A DNA stretch of 64,000 bases, from positions 702 through 64,701 of the forward strand of contig MWBO01000031.1 in NCBI GenBank assembly GCA_002071685.1. Reading direction: 5' to 3'. How positions within the stretch are numbered: the stretch's first letter is position 1; each line of letters opens with the position of its first letter. The translations under genes and the position numbers were made by a program. Source of the DNA: a candidate division WS2 bacterium ADurb.Bin280. Lineage in GTDB: Bacteria; Patescibacteriota; UBA1384; DTJR01. The notes under the pieces were generated by a model. That model made no database searches, was not told where the DNA came from, and saw only the letters and a program-made list of their open reading frames with translations. Shown piece after piece: positions 56,625 through 64,000 of this stretch.

Positions 56625-57737
56625 ATGCCAAAGGACAATCTCGCCAAAAAAATAGAATATGGCGCAATAGCTCTTTTTTTTGCCATCGCCATAGTTCTGT
56701 CTTTGCGACACATCGCCGCCATTTCTTCTGATATTGAAAATGGGGCGAATATCGATCCGGTCAAAATGACTGATTTTACAAGAAATGGCGCTTATGACAA
56801 AAGCTCCTTTATTCTTTTTTCAAATACTTCTTCAAACGAAATTCTCTCAAGCGATCAAAACGGCTTGAAAATAATAAACCTGCAAGATAAATACTCCAGC
56901 TTCTTGGCACAACCAGTTATTTTGCAAAAAGATGTAAAATACAAGATCACCCTAGAATACCAGATGGTTGGAGCTAATGGGGATCTTTCTGCAACATACG
57001 GCATAGTAATTGGCGAACTCATAGGAAAGCCGATTTTCAGTCAAAGCATTTCAAAAGACAAGAATAACGATTCTTTTGAGTTTACGATGAGCGAAACTAC
57101 ACCGATCGCTTTCCAGTACATAAGAGTTTTGGGCGAAGGTCAATTTGTTTTGCGCTCAATAATGCTTGAAGAATCAGGGGGCGGAAATTTCACTCAACCA
57201 CCAAGCGAACAGCAAACGGCAACACCATCAAGCAAGGAAAAGAGTTCGCCTGATGCGGAAGATTTACTGATCATCAAAAACGGCTGGAGCGCTTATGGTG
57301 CAAGAGAAGCCATCGAAACAAAAGTTTTCACCCAAAAAAATATCAGTGTTTATCAGATGGAGGGCGAAGGCTGGAAAGTGGCAAAATCTACCGACAAGAA
57401 TTCTGACTTTACGATCCAAAAAGGACGCGGGGTTTATCTGCTTAATGAAAATGGCAAACAAATCGAATTAGAGGAATCGTTCATCGAGTCTAATGAGAAA
57501 ATTGTGGCAGGGAAAAACTGGAATATTTTATTTTCTGAAGATAAATCAAGAACCAATCAATTAACCTTTGATCTCGATGGCGGCCAAACCAATCTGGACG
57601 AAGCTCTTGGCGAAAGCAAGATTGCCAAATTTGCCTACCTCATAGACCCGCAACTCTCTTCCAATATGACCAAAATTGATCTCGAGAAGATAAAAGAAAT
57701 ACCGTCAGGCAATCTAATTTGGTTTTATGTTTTCTGA
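56625..57737 (+). CDS. membrane-anchored hypothetical protein
   Basis: N-terminal TM segment followed by beta-rich domains. Divergent from the ABC operon. No family recognised. Confidence 0.5.
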   Translation: MPKDNLAKKIEYGAIALFFAIAIVLSLRHIAAISSDIENGANIDPVKMTDFTRNGAYDKSSFILFSNTSSNEILSSDQNGLKIINLQDKYSSFLAQPVILQKDVKYKITLEYQMVGANGDLSATYGIVIGELIGKPIFSQSISKDKNNDSFEFTMSETTPIAFQYIRVLGEGQFVLRSIMLEESGGGNFTQPPSEQQTATPSSKEKSSPDAEDLLIIKNGWSAYGAREAIETKVFTQKNISVYQMEGEGWKVAKSTDKNSDFTIQKGRGVYLLNENGKQIELEESFIESNEKIVAGKNWNILFSEDKSRTNQLTFDLDGGQTNLDEALGESKIAKFAYLIDPQLSSNMTKIDLEKIKEIPSGNLIWFYVF

Positions 57738-57907
57738 AGATCTTGTGTCGGCTGCTTTATTTTTTTGTGATTTTTGCTAGAATTACATCTGTGCAAAAAG
57801 GTTTTCAAACGCAATGTCTCCGCCAGCTGGCGGATGGTGGTTAGGACCTGCCTACCGGCAGGCGGGCACCAGGCAATCGTCAGGTGATCGTTATGAATTC
57901 AATTGGA

Positions 57908-57982
57908 GGCCCCATCGTCTAGTGGTTAGGACACCAGGTTCTCATCCTGGCAACCGGAGTTCGACTCTCCGTGGGGTCACCA
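57908..57982 (+). tRNA. tRNA-Glu (anticodon CTC) with encoded CCA
   Basis: Cloverleaf folded by hand: acceptor GGCCCCA/TGGGGTC, D arm GTCT-AGTGGTTA-GGAC, anticodon arm CCAGG-TTCTCAT-CCTGG, T arm CGGAG-TTCGACT-CTCCG, then A-CCA. Confidence 0.9.
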
Positions 57983-58068
57983 ATTGAATTTATAGAGATA
58001 AGGAATAGATACCAGAGAAAGTATAACTACAATAAGTTAAAAGATTACAGAGACCAGATAACTACATT

Positions 58069-58424
58069 AAATTAAAAGTTAAAAATCAAAAATTAAAATG
58101 ATAATTAAAAAATAAAAAAGATTACAAAATTATTTTCTAGTAGCCAAAGCTACAGACAATGATAGAACCAGAGGGGCTTAATTGCCTGCCCTGTCGTAGT
58201 TAGCTAAATTGCTAACGAAGGAGGGCGAGGCAGCCCCTATGGTTCTATCGAATCCTTACGGCGCACGCTTGTTTCAAGAGCAAAAAATAAGCTTTTCTTT
58301 CTGGCAAACCCTCTCGACAAGTTTGCGAGCTTCCGCCAGAAGCAAAAAGCTTATTTTTCTTCCTGAAACTTTATTACATTACAAATACTTGGATTCTTAA
58401 TCCTTCATTCATCATTCTTAATTC
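58069..58424 (-). repeat. non-coding element copy L, inverted homolog of copy R
   Basis: Shares with 61382-61792 (as reverse complement) the GAATTAAGAATG head, a long AT-rich hairpin around the conserved CGCAAACTTGTCG, a GC-rich second hairpin (58161-58249) and the TTTTTAACTTTTAATTT tail. Confidence 0.55.
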
Positions 58425-58545
58425 TGAGATCTTAATTTGATAATTGCTTAATTGAGTTTGGGAGGGACGCGACCTCCCCAGAACGATGTTTCGAAAAGTG
58501 TGAGCCCCCAATGTGAGCTCGCGTCCCTCGGGTGTCCCGCGCGCG

Positions 58546-58716
58546 TTAGACACCGCCGACACAGGCGTTGTGCTCTTCGGCGCTCCTTTCGGCGCGCTCA
58601 AGCACAGCTAGCTCTACAGGCGTCAGAGCTTGACCGCTGTCCCTCTTCTCCGCGAGACTCGCGATGCGCTGGGCCTTTTCGGCATTTGCTTGTGCGGCTC
58701 TCGAACCTGCTGACAT
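58546..58716 (-). CDS. small hypothetical protein (56 aa), GC-rich island E
   Basis: AGGGAGGA SD 4-5 nt upstream of ATG 58716. Predicted helical, Ala/Glu/Arg-rich. No family recognised. Confidence 0.4.
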   Translation of the reverse strand: MSAGSRAAQANAEKAQRIASLAEKRDSGQALTPVELAVLERAERSAEEHNACVGGV

Positions 58717-58786
58717 GTCGTCCTCCCTGCGGTTCTGCCCCCGCAAGCGGGGGGTCGTTCTCCGTCGCGCGCGACGGGATATGATA

Positions 58787-58815
58787 ATTACAGCAAAAAA
58801 TTTCTAACAAGTCAA
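58787..58815 (-). promoter_or_regulatory. candidate promoter of island E ORF
   Basis: On the minus strand: TTGACT (58815-58810), 17-nt spacer, TGTAAT (58792-58787). Overlaps the stop of the upstream oxidoreductase gene. Confidence 0.35.
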
Positions 58816-59990
58816 GATAGGAGTTCTTTCAAGAGATCATCTGTTTTTATTTTAGTGCCCAATGATTGGCGGGCGATTTTCGTTTTTTGCAAAAGATTTA
58901 GAGTGCTTATGCCGACAACCTTGCCTTCCTTTTCAAAAATTGCTGCGTAGCGCTCGCCCGATGCCATATCACTCATCTGATATTTTTTATCGGCGCTTCC
59001 ACAGAAGAATAGCTGGCAAGACAAGACTTTTTTTGAAACCATCGTATATGTTTGCGACAAGACATCGCCTCCCGAGGCGTTTAAACCTGCTATTTTGCCT
59101 GATTCTTGAGCAAAAAGATAGTTCCCGGGCAGGCTCCACTCGTGTGAAAAAGGATCCTCGAACTGGCAAACATCTCCGCAAGCATAGACATCCTCAAGCG
59201 AACTGCGCATCCTTTTGTCAGTCACTATTCCCTTATCGATCGCCAAACCAAGCGATTTGGCAAAATCAAGATCTATCTTCAAACCTATTGCCGACACCCC
59301 TAGATCAAAATCAACCCTTTCTCCGTTATCAAGAATCGCTGTTCTGACGGCTTTTTCTGATGAGATTTTTTCTACTTGAGCGTTAGCAATAATCTTCACG
59401 CCCGCTTTTTGCAAACTTTTTTGTAAAATTTTTCCCCCCGCCTCACCAAGACGATTTTGCAAAAGATAGTCATCACGCATTATCAACACAATCTTTTTGC
59501 CAAGCTCAGCAAGTCCGTCGAGAAGGTCGAGTGTCAAGAAACCCCCTCCGACTACCAAGACTTTTTGTGCATTTTGCACCTTGTCCTTGAGATTGACAGC
59601 ATCTTGGAGCGAATAAAAACTCAAAAACGCATCCTGCGCACCCTGCACCTCAAGCCGTCTTGGCTGACCACCGCTGGCGATAATCAATTTATCAAATTCA
59701 ATCTGCTGACCGCTTTCCAGTTTGACCCTTTTTTCATCATAGCGCCCCTCGACTACCCGCCCCTTCGTCAACTCAATCTTGTATTTTTCATAAAATTGCT
59801 CACTTCGCAAAAATAACTTGTCTTTTGAAATTTTTCCAGAGAGGAAATGATGAAAAATTATTTTACTATAGAGACAATGCCCCTCTTGATCAACGACCAA
59901 AACCCTGCCCTCAGAGTCGTTTTCCCTGATAGCTTGAGCCGCCGCTATTCCGGCGGGCCCTCCGCCAATAATCAAATAATCGGTTTCCAT
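58812..59990 (-). CDS. FAD-dependent pyridine nucleotide-disulfide oxidoreductase family protein
   Basis: DYLIIGGGPAGIAAA and VLVVGGGFLTLD dinucleotide-binding motifs, plus an ACGDV motif. Confidence 0.8.
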   Translation of the reverse strand: METDYLIIGGGPAGIAAAQAIRENDSEGRVLVVDQEGHCLYSKIIFHHFLSGKISKDKLFLRSEQFYEKYKIELTKGRVVEGRYDEKRVKLESGQQIEFDKLIIASGGQPRRLEVQGAQDAFLSFYSLQDAVNLKDKVQNAQKVLVVGGGFLTLDLLDGLAELGKKIVLIMRDDYLLQNRLGEAGGKILQKSLQKAGVKIIANAQVEKISSEKAVRTAILDNGERVDFDLGVSAIGLKIDLDFAKSLGLAIDKGIVTDKRMRSSLEDVYACGDVCQFEDPFSHEWSLPGNYLFAQESGKIAGLNASGGDVLSQTYTMVSKKVLSCQLFFCGSADKKYQMSDMASGERYAAIFEKEGKVVGISTLNLLQKTKIARQSLGTKIKTDDLLKELLS

Positions 59991-60037
59991 TTGTTACATC
60001 CTAGAGTATAAAAAGAAAAAATCAAATAGATGGGCTT

Positions 60038-60439
60038 CTACTTATCGTCGTCTTCTTGAGTCTTGTCTTTTTTGGTGGTTTTCTTTGGCTCTTGGTCCTC
60101 TTGTTCGTCATTGCTGGCTCTGCGTTTTTTGAGAACATCGGAAATCCCCACCACCATGCCGAGACCTTGAGAGATTTGTTCACTTTTTTCCCTGATCTGC
60201 TTTTCCGCTTCTTCGATCAATCCAATGAAATGGCTGGCAAGCGTTCCGATACGATCAATCGCCTCGGAAACCATCAGAACCTTCTCTTTCACTTCGGCGG
60301 TCATAATCGCTACATCGTCAGTTGATTTGCGAAGAGAGCGACTTAGTTTGATCAGGTCGAGAATTAGCCAAACCAAGGCAACGGTCAGAACCACCACCGC
60401 TACCGCTACTATTAGGTACAAGATTTCTACGGGTTGCAT
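60038..60439 (-). CDS. small membrane-anchored coiled-coil protein (DUF948-like architecture)
   Basis: N-terminal TM segment, a helical region and an acidic/basic tail. The assignment rests on architecture only. Confidence 0.35.
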   Translation of the reverse strand: MQPVEILYLIVAVAVVVLTVALVWLILDLIKLSRSLRKSTDDVAIMTAEVKEKVLMVSEAIDRIGTLASHFIGLIEEAEKQIREKSEQISQGLGMVVGISDVLKKRRASNDEQEDQEPKKTTKKDKTQEDDDK

Positions 60440-61299
60440 TATTGCGCCTCCCTTTGATTAGTTTCAACAGGATCGCCCCCATTGTTCCCAATTGACTCAA
60501 GAAAATTTAGAAGCGCCTTTCGTTGTTGCTCTGATAAGTTACCAACAATTTCTTGAATCTGGCCGAGAGATCCTTCGGCTTGGCGAAGCGCTGCAAGCGA
60601 ATCTTGGCCTAATTCCGTCGGTACGGGTTGTTGGGGGGATGTGCCATTGGCGACGTCGGGAGTAATTGCTTCGTTACTTGGTTTAGGAAGGGGCAAGCCA
60701 CTCGTGTTTATAAACGAAGCAGTTTCGGGGGCTTCAGCGGTTATCACGGGAGCTTTTGGGGGTGGCGCGGGAATCGGAGAGGGCGCTTGGCTCTCAAGCT
60801 GATCACCGATTGCAACTTGGCCAAAGTTCATCTCATTTTTTTGGGTTTGGAATGATTGCGAAGGATCTTCCGTCGTGGCCGGCTGTTGCGGATCAACAGG
60901 CAATCCAGCGATGTGATGTTCAAGTGCAAGAGGATTATCAAGTGGCGGGACGGCATCGGGGTGAGAATTTTGATTTACAGGGGGCTCTTGTGCGACACTT
61001 GACTCTTGAGGTGGTGTATAGACAGGATTTTCGGCTACTGGTGGCTCGATCGGTATTTGAACCGATGGAGTGGGCTCGGGCGATGGCACAGAGACGGCTG
61101 GCTCTTCTGCAGTCAAATGATTTTCAGCTGAGGGAAGCGACGTTTCAGAGGGCGTCTCTATCGGAATTCGATTAGTAACAGGCGAATCGATAACTGGTGG
61201 CGTTTGGGGTGTTTCTTCTGGCAAGGCTTGTGACGGAACTTCCGGCCTAGAGACCTCCATACCGACCTGCCCAGTCTGCGGACCCTGATTTATTTGCAT
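60439..61299 (-). CDS. proline-rich hypothetical protein
   Basis: 286-aa ORF that is P/E/Q/S-rich with a short structured C-terminus. First gene of the minus-strand block. Confidence 0.5.
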   Translation of the reverse strand: MQINQGPQTGQVGMEVSRPEVPSQALPEETPQTPPVIDSPVTNRIPIETPSETSLPSAENHLTAEEPAVSVPSPEPTPSVQIPIEPPVAENPVYTPPQESSVAQEPPVNQNSHPDAVPPLDNPLALEHHIAGLPVDPQQPATTEDPSQSFQTQKNEMNFGQVAIGDQLESQAPSPIPAPPPKAPVITAEAPETASFINTSGLPLPKPSNEAITPDVANGTSPQQPVPTELGQDSLAALRQAEGSLGQIQEIVGNLSEQQRKALLNFLESIGNNGGDPVETNQREAQ

Positions 61300-61381
61300 T
61301 TTCCCCTCAAAAAATTAAATCTATAAATTTATTTGATTGTATCACAAAACCGATTTTTTTCATTATTTACTATAGAGATAA

Positions 61382-61792
61382 GAATTAAGAATGCAGAATT
61401 ATGAATTAAGAATTAATTAAACAATTAATCAATTAAGAAATTATGAATTTGCGTTTCGGGAAGAAAGTAAAGATTTTCGTTTGTTAAATTTCAAAACTTA
61501 TAAATTCCATTAACAAAAGATGATTTTTCTTATCTACTTGAGTACCGCGCAAACTTGTCGCCGGGAGTCTCAAGAGAAAGAAAAATCATGCTTTTGAGCG
61601 TGCAAAGATGGTGGGTTGTAGGGAGGAAGAAACGCTTCGCAATTAGTGTCTTCCTCCCTACATTAGTAAATAGACTTTAAGTATAAAGATTAAACTTTGC
61701 TGTCTGATATTTTTAAACTTTTCTTTATAATCTTAAGTCGCCTGCCTCAGCTATGCTGAAAGCATTGCGGGCAGGTTTTTAACTTTTAATTT
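61382..61792 (+). repeat. non-coding element copy R
   Basis: Hairpin arms 61515-61542 / 61569-61595 surround CGCAAACTTGTCG (61548-61560). A GC-rich hairpin lies at 61618-61661 and a terminator-like hairpin at 61741-61775. Confidence 0.55.
61739..61785 (+). terminator. terminator-like hairpin at the 3' end of element R
   Basis: CCTGCC (61741-61746) pairs with GGCAGG (61770-61775), with an inner ATGCT-GAA-AGCAT hairpin, followed by TTTTTAACTTTTAATTTTT. Confidence 0.5.
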
Positions 61793-61804
61793 TTAATTTA
61801 TTCC

Positions 61805-62905
61805 CTACTTCCCATGGTGAAAATAGATAACATCCGCTTCATTGACAACATAGTCCTTGCCCTCAAGACGGACCTTCCCCGCCTCTTTCGACCCCTTCCA
61901 ACCTCCGAGTGTAATGAAATCTTGGTATGAAACTACTTCGGCTTTGATAAATTTATGCTCGAAATCTCCGTGAATCGCCCCGGCCGCCTGCGGAGCCTTG
62001 GAGCCCTTTTTTATCTCCCAAGCCCTCGCCTCCATTTCGCCTGCGGTGAAAAACGAGATCAATCCGAGCGTCGTGTATGCCGACCTGATTAGGCGATTGA
62101 GCCCCGGCTCTTCGAGCCCTAAATCGCTCAAATATTCTTGACGGTCAGATTCCATGAGATTATTGAGCTCTGATTCGGTCTTGGCACAAATCACCGCGAC
62201 CTCTTCGGTTTTCACTAGATCCTCAAGATCGAAGCGTTCAATAATCTCCTGCGGATCGCTGGTAGCATTTTCTTCCGAAACATTAAATACATAAAGAAAT
62301 GGCTTCAAGGTGAGAAAATTCGCCTCCTTAAGCAAGTCCGCCTCCTCCTCGCTCAAAGATGCTTCAATCGCCGGCCTTGATTTTTCAAAAGTTTCCAGAA
62401 CCTTCTGATAAGCAACTGTCTTTTTGGTCGCCAATTTATCCCCTGATCGAACATCTTTTTGAATAGCCGACAATCTTTTGTTTAGCGTATCAGTATCGGA
62501 CAGAATCAGTTCGGTAATGATCGTCTCAATATCATTTCTGGGTGATGGATTGGACGACACATGCATCACATCATCGTTTTTAAATATCCGAACCACCATG
62601 GCAATCGCGTCAACTTCGCGAATATGTGAAAGAAATTTATTTCCAAGCCCCTCGCCCTTATGTGCCCCCTCAATCAATCCGGCAATATCTACAAATCTAA
62701 CCGTTGCATTGACTATCTGCTTTGAATTTTCCACCTCTTTCAAATGTTCGAGACGATCATCCGGCACATCAACAATGCCGATATTTGGGTCTATCGTGGT
62801 AAATGCAAAATTTGCCGCCTCCGCCAACTCGCTCTTGAGCATGGCATTAAACAGCGTCGATTTGCCAACATTAGGAAGCCCCACAATACCTATACTAAGC
62901 GACAT
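61805..62905 (-). CDS. ychF: redox-regulated ATPase YchF
   Basis: GIVGLPNVGKSTLFNA P-loop, a TGS-like C-terminus and full-length similarity to YchF/OLA1. Confidence 0.9.
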   Translation of the reverse strand: MSLSIGIVGLPNVGKSTLFNAMLKSELAEAANFAFTTIDPNIGIVDVPDDRLEHLKEVENSKQIVNATVRFVDIAGLIEGAHKGEGLGNKFLSHIREVDAIAMVVRIFKNDDVMHVSSNPSPRNDIETIITELILSDTDTLNKRLSAIQKDVRSGDKLATKKTVAYQKVLETFEKSRPAIEASLSEEEADLLKEANFLTLKPFLYVFNVSEENATSDPQEIIERFDLEDLVKTEEVAVICAKTESELNNLMESDRQEYLSDLGLEEPGLNRLIRSAYTTLGLISFFTAGEMEARAWEIKKGSKAPQAAGAIHGDFEHKFIKAEVVSYQDFITLGGWKGSKEAGKVRLEGKDYVVNEADVIYFHHGK

Positions 62906-63013
62906 TTCTGAAAACCTCCAAGATTAAGTTTCTTCACAAACAAGTGCAGTCCCAACAAAGCGTGCACTGAAAGTAGAGGACGCAGTCCCTTTTTCAGTAA
63001 ACGCGACGTGGGA

Positions 63014-63054
63014 CCAACATTAGGAAGCCCTACAACTCCGATTGATAAAGACAT
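63014..63054 (-). pseudogene. orphan duplicate of the first 14 codons of ychF
   Basis: 31/41 nt match 62865-62905, and the first 17 nt are identical. It encodes MSLSIGVVGLPNVG, compared with MSLSIGIVGLPNVG in ychF, then loses homology. Confidence 0.55.
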
Positions 63055-63119
63055 AAATGACTCAATAATTAAAAAACTCAAACCACAAGGCTCATAATAA
63101 CAGGTTTGGAGAGATTCGT

Positions 63120-63145
63120 AAACGGCTCATTTGAGTGAGCCGTTT
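63120..63145. repeat. second copy of the AAACGGCTCA/TGAGCCGTTT hairpin
   Basis: Same 10-bp stem as 24652-24677. The loops differ at 2 of 6 nt (TTTGAG vs TACGAG). Confidence 0.7.
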
Positions 63146-63156
63146 ATTTTCGAGAT

Positions 63157-63195
63157 AAAAAAAAAGGGGGCGCGCTCCGTTAAGGAGCTGCCCCC
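63157..63195 (-). terminator. intrinsic terminator of the island F bicistron
   Basis: On the minus strand: GGGGGCAGCTCC-TTAAC-GGAGCGCGCCCCC followed by T9. It lies 16 nt after the stop at 63212. Confidence 0.65.
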
Positions 63196-63211
63196 GAGCA
63201 CTACGATACTG

Positions 63212-63559
63212 CTAGGGCTCGTTCACCCCGATTAGTTCGAACTCAACGACCCGATCGTCCGGAAGGGCAATGGCGAAATCTTGGTCACCACCTCCCCGAC
63301 GATAGATGCGAAGGTCGCTGTAGAAGCGCGTACCTTTGCAAATCGGCAGACTGTGAGCGGGTATCAATCCGCTCCCGACTGAGCGTGGCGGGCTCGAAAG
63401 CTCCACGACATGCACGAGCAGACCTTCGCCACTCGCTTCCTCGACACGTACAGCATATGACCTGTAGCTCCCCTTGTGTCCAATCTTCAGGCGAAACGTT
63501 CTACCCTCACAGGGGACTCCAGCAACAAGGTCAACCACTGCGTTGGCTTGAGCGTCCAA
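63212..63559 (-). CDS. hypothetical protein, GC-rich island F, gene 2 (115 aa, TTG start)
   Basis: GC-rich ORF with GAGG upstream and a strong terminator downstream. No family recognised. Confidence 0.45.
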   Translation of the reverse strand: MDAQANAVVDLVAGVPCEGRTFRLKIGHKGSYRSYAVRVEEASGEGLLVHVVELSSPPRSVGSGLIPAHSLPICKGTRFYSDLRIYRRGGGDQDFAIALPDDRVVEFELIGVNEP

Positions 63560-63587
63560 CTTCGCATCACCTCGAATCCTGTCTTCT

Positions 63588-63971
63588 TCAACAAGGCCTG
63601 AGCCTGCACTCAGGATACTGCGACAAGCAGTCCGTGATATCGAAGATCTCAGCGATCATTTCGCCGGTCTCGGCGATCACGACACCCTGATGATTCGATG
63701 CTTTCTCAAAACGCGCAGGAAGATACCGCCTCCCAGTTCTGATCGGAATGAGGGGGTAGGGCAACATCACCTCGTTGGTCAGATCGCCTTCCTGAAGTCG
63801 CCCAAGGATACTATCCTTGAACCACCGATCGTGGCTGAAGTAATAGATCCTTGCGCTCCCTCTTGCGGTAGCTCCCTCGCTCCCGACTACTTTGATCAGA
63901 TAGATGCGACCGGCTCCATCAGGACCGGAGATCGGCCTCACACCGATTGAGGCGGCAGTTGCGATTGGCAA
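63588..63971 (-). CDS. hypothetical protein, GC-rich island F, gene 1 (127 aa, TTG start)
   Basis: GAGGGAG SD 9 nt upstream of TTG 63971. No family recognised. The island continues to the window edge. Confidence 0.45.
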   Translation of the reverse strand: MPIATAASIGVRPISGPDGAGRIYLIKVVGSEGATARGSARIYYFSHDRWFKDSILGRLQEGDLTNEVMLPYPLIPIRTGRRYLPARFEKASNHQGVVIAETGEMIAEIFDITDCLSQYPECRLRPC

Positions 63972-64000
63972 AGCTCATCACTCCCTCGTGGTATCGTTCA

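Noticed and set aside
57816-57893. GC-rich segment upstream of tRNA-Glu, considered as a second functional tRNA.
   Set aside because: It has no acceptor-stem pairing and no T arm or TTCGA loop, and its anticodon-like hairpin has a 4-nt loop. I treat it as a tRNA-derived fragment only.
57983-58160. AT-rich repetitive words (AAGATTACA, AAATTAAAAG) after the tRNA, considered as a possible CRISPR or tandem-repeat array.
   Set aside because: There are no regularly spaced direct repeats of constant length and no spacers. The region aligns as the tail of the L copy of the inverted non-coding element.
58452-58810. 110-aa plus-strand ORF, and the 70-aa and 75-aa minus-strand ORFs, across island E and its flanks.
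   Set aside because: Their translations are Arg/Pro/Ser-rich and typical of off-frame GC-rich reading. They span predicted hairpins, and only the 56-aa frame has a well-placed SD. Even that ORF is given low confidence.
62890-63081. 63-aa minus-strand ORF upstream of ychF, considered as a real gene.
   Set aside because: Only its codons 10-23 resemble anything (the ychF N-terminus), and the rest reads through the ychF leader. It is better explained as an orphan 5' fragment and is listed as a pseudogene fragment.
63385-63950. Plus-strand ORFs 63385-63690 and 63690-63950 in island F.
   Set aside because: They lack an SD and a downstream terminator on the plus strand. The minus-strand pair has both.
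1-64000. Diversity-generating retroelement, retron, integron, prophage or transposon as explanations for the islands and repeats.
   Set aside because: No reverse transcriptase, integrase, recombinase, transposase, terminase or capsid-like ORF is recognisable in any frame of the window. Mobility therefore remains a hypothesis, to be tested against the rest of the genome.

Overview
The backbone of this 64 kb window looks like a chromosomal segment of a small-genome, AT-leaning bacterium. I infer it is Patescibacteria/CPR-like from its trimmed housekeeping proteins, stand-alone 5'-3' exonuclease, FemAB, H+-pyrophosphatase and dense operons. Recognisable genes are rnj, a family-4 UDG, rpsO-pnp, an NrnA-like DHH phosphoesterase, rpsT, lepB, holA, pheST, FemAB, tsaD, a polysaccharide deacetylase, VanW, hppA, proS, a MacB-type ABC pair, one tRNA-Glu(CTC), an FAD oxidoreductase and ychF. 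A 13 kb surface-glycan locus spans 31.3-44.4 kb (GT4, GT2-GtrA, GT-C, Wzy/ligase-like, Wzx). I found no rRNA, CRISPR array, integrase, transposase or reverse transcriptase. Four things stand out. (1) Six short GC-rich islands sit in intergenic gaps. Each carries one or two unrecognisable ORFs with a Shine-Dalgarno site and a hairpin terminator, and two islands share the same 27-nt hairpin. (2) Two diverged, inverted copies of a roughly 0.4 kb non-coding element show compensatory stem changes. They bracket a 3 kb block next to the tRNA. (3) Two operons (12.5-17.2 kb and 44.5-52.4 kb) encode three paralogous polytopic proteins with a VirB6/TrbL-like signature and giant extensions, plus unknown envelope proteins. 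No secretion ATPase is present. (4) A synonymous-diverged duplicate of the ychF 5' end looks like a recombination scar. All functional calls rest on motif reading by eye; no database search was possible.
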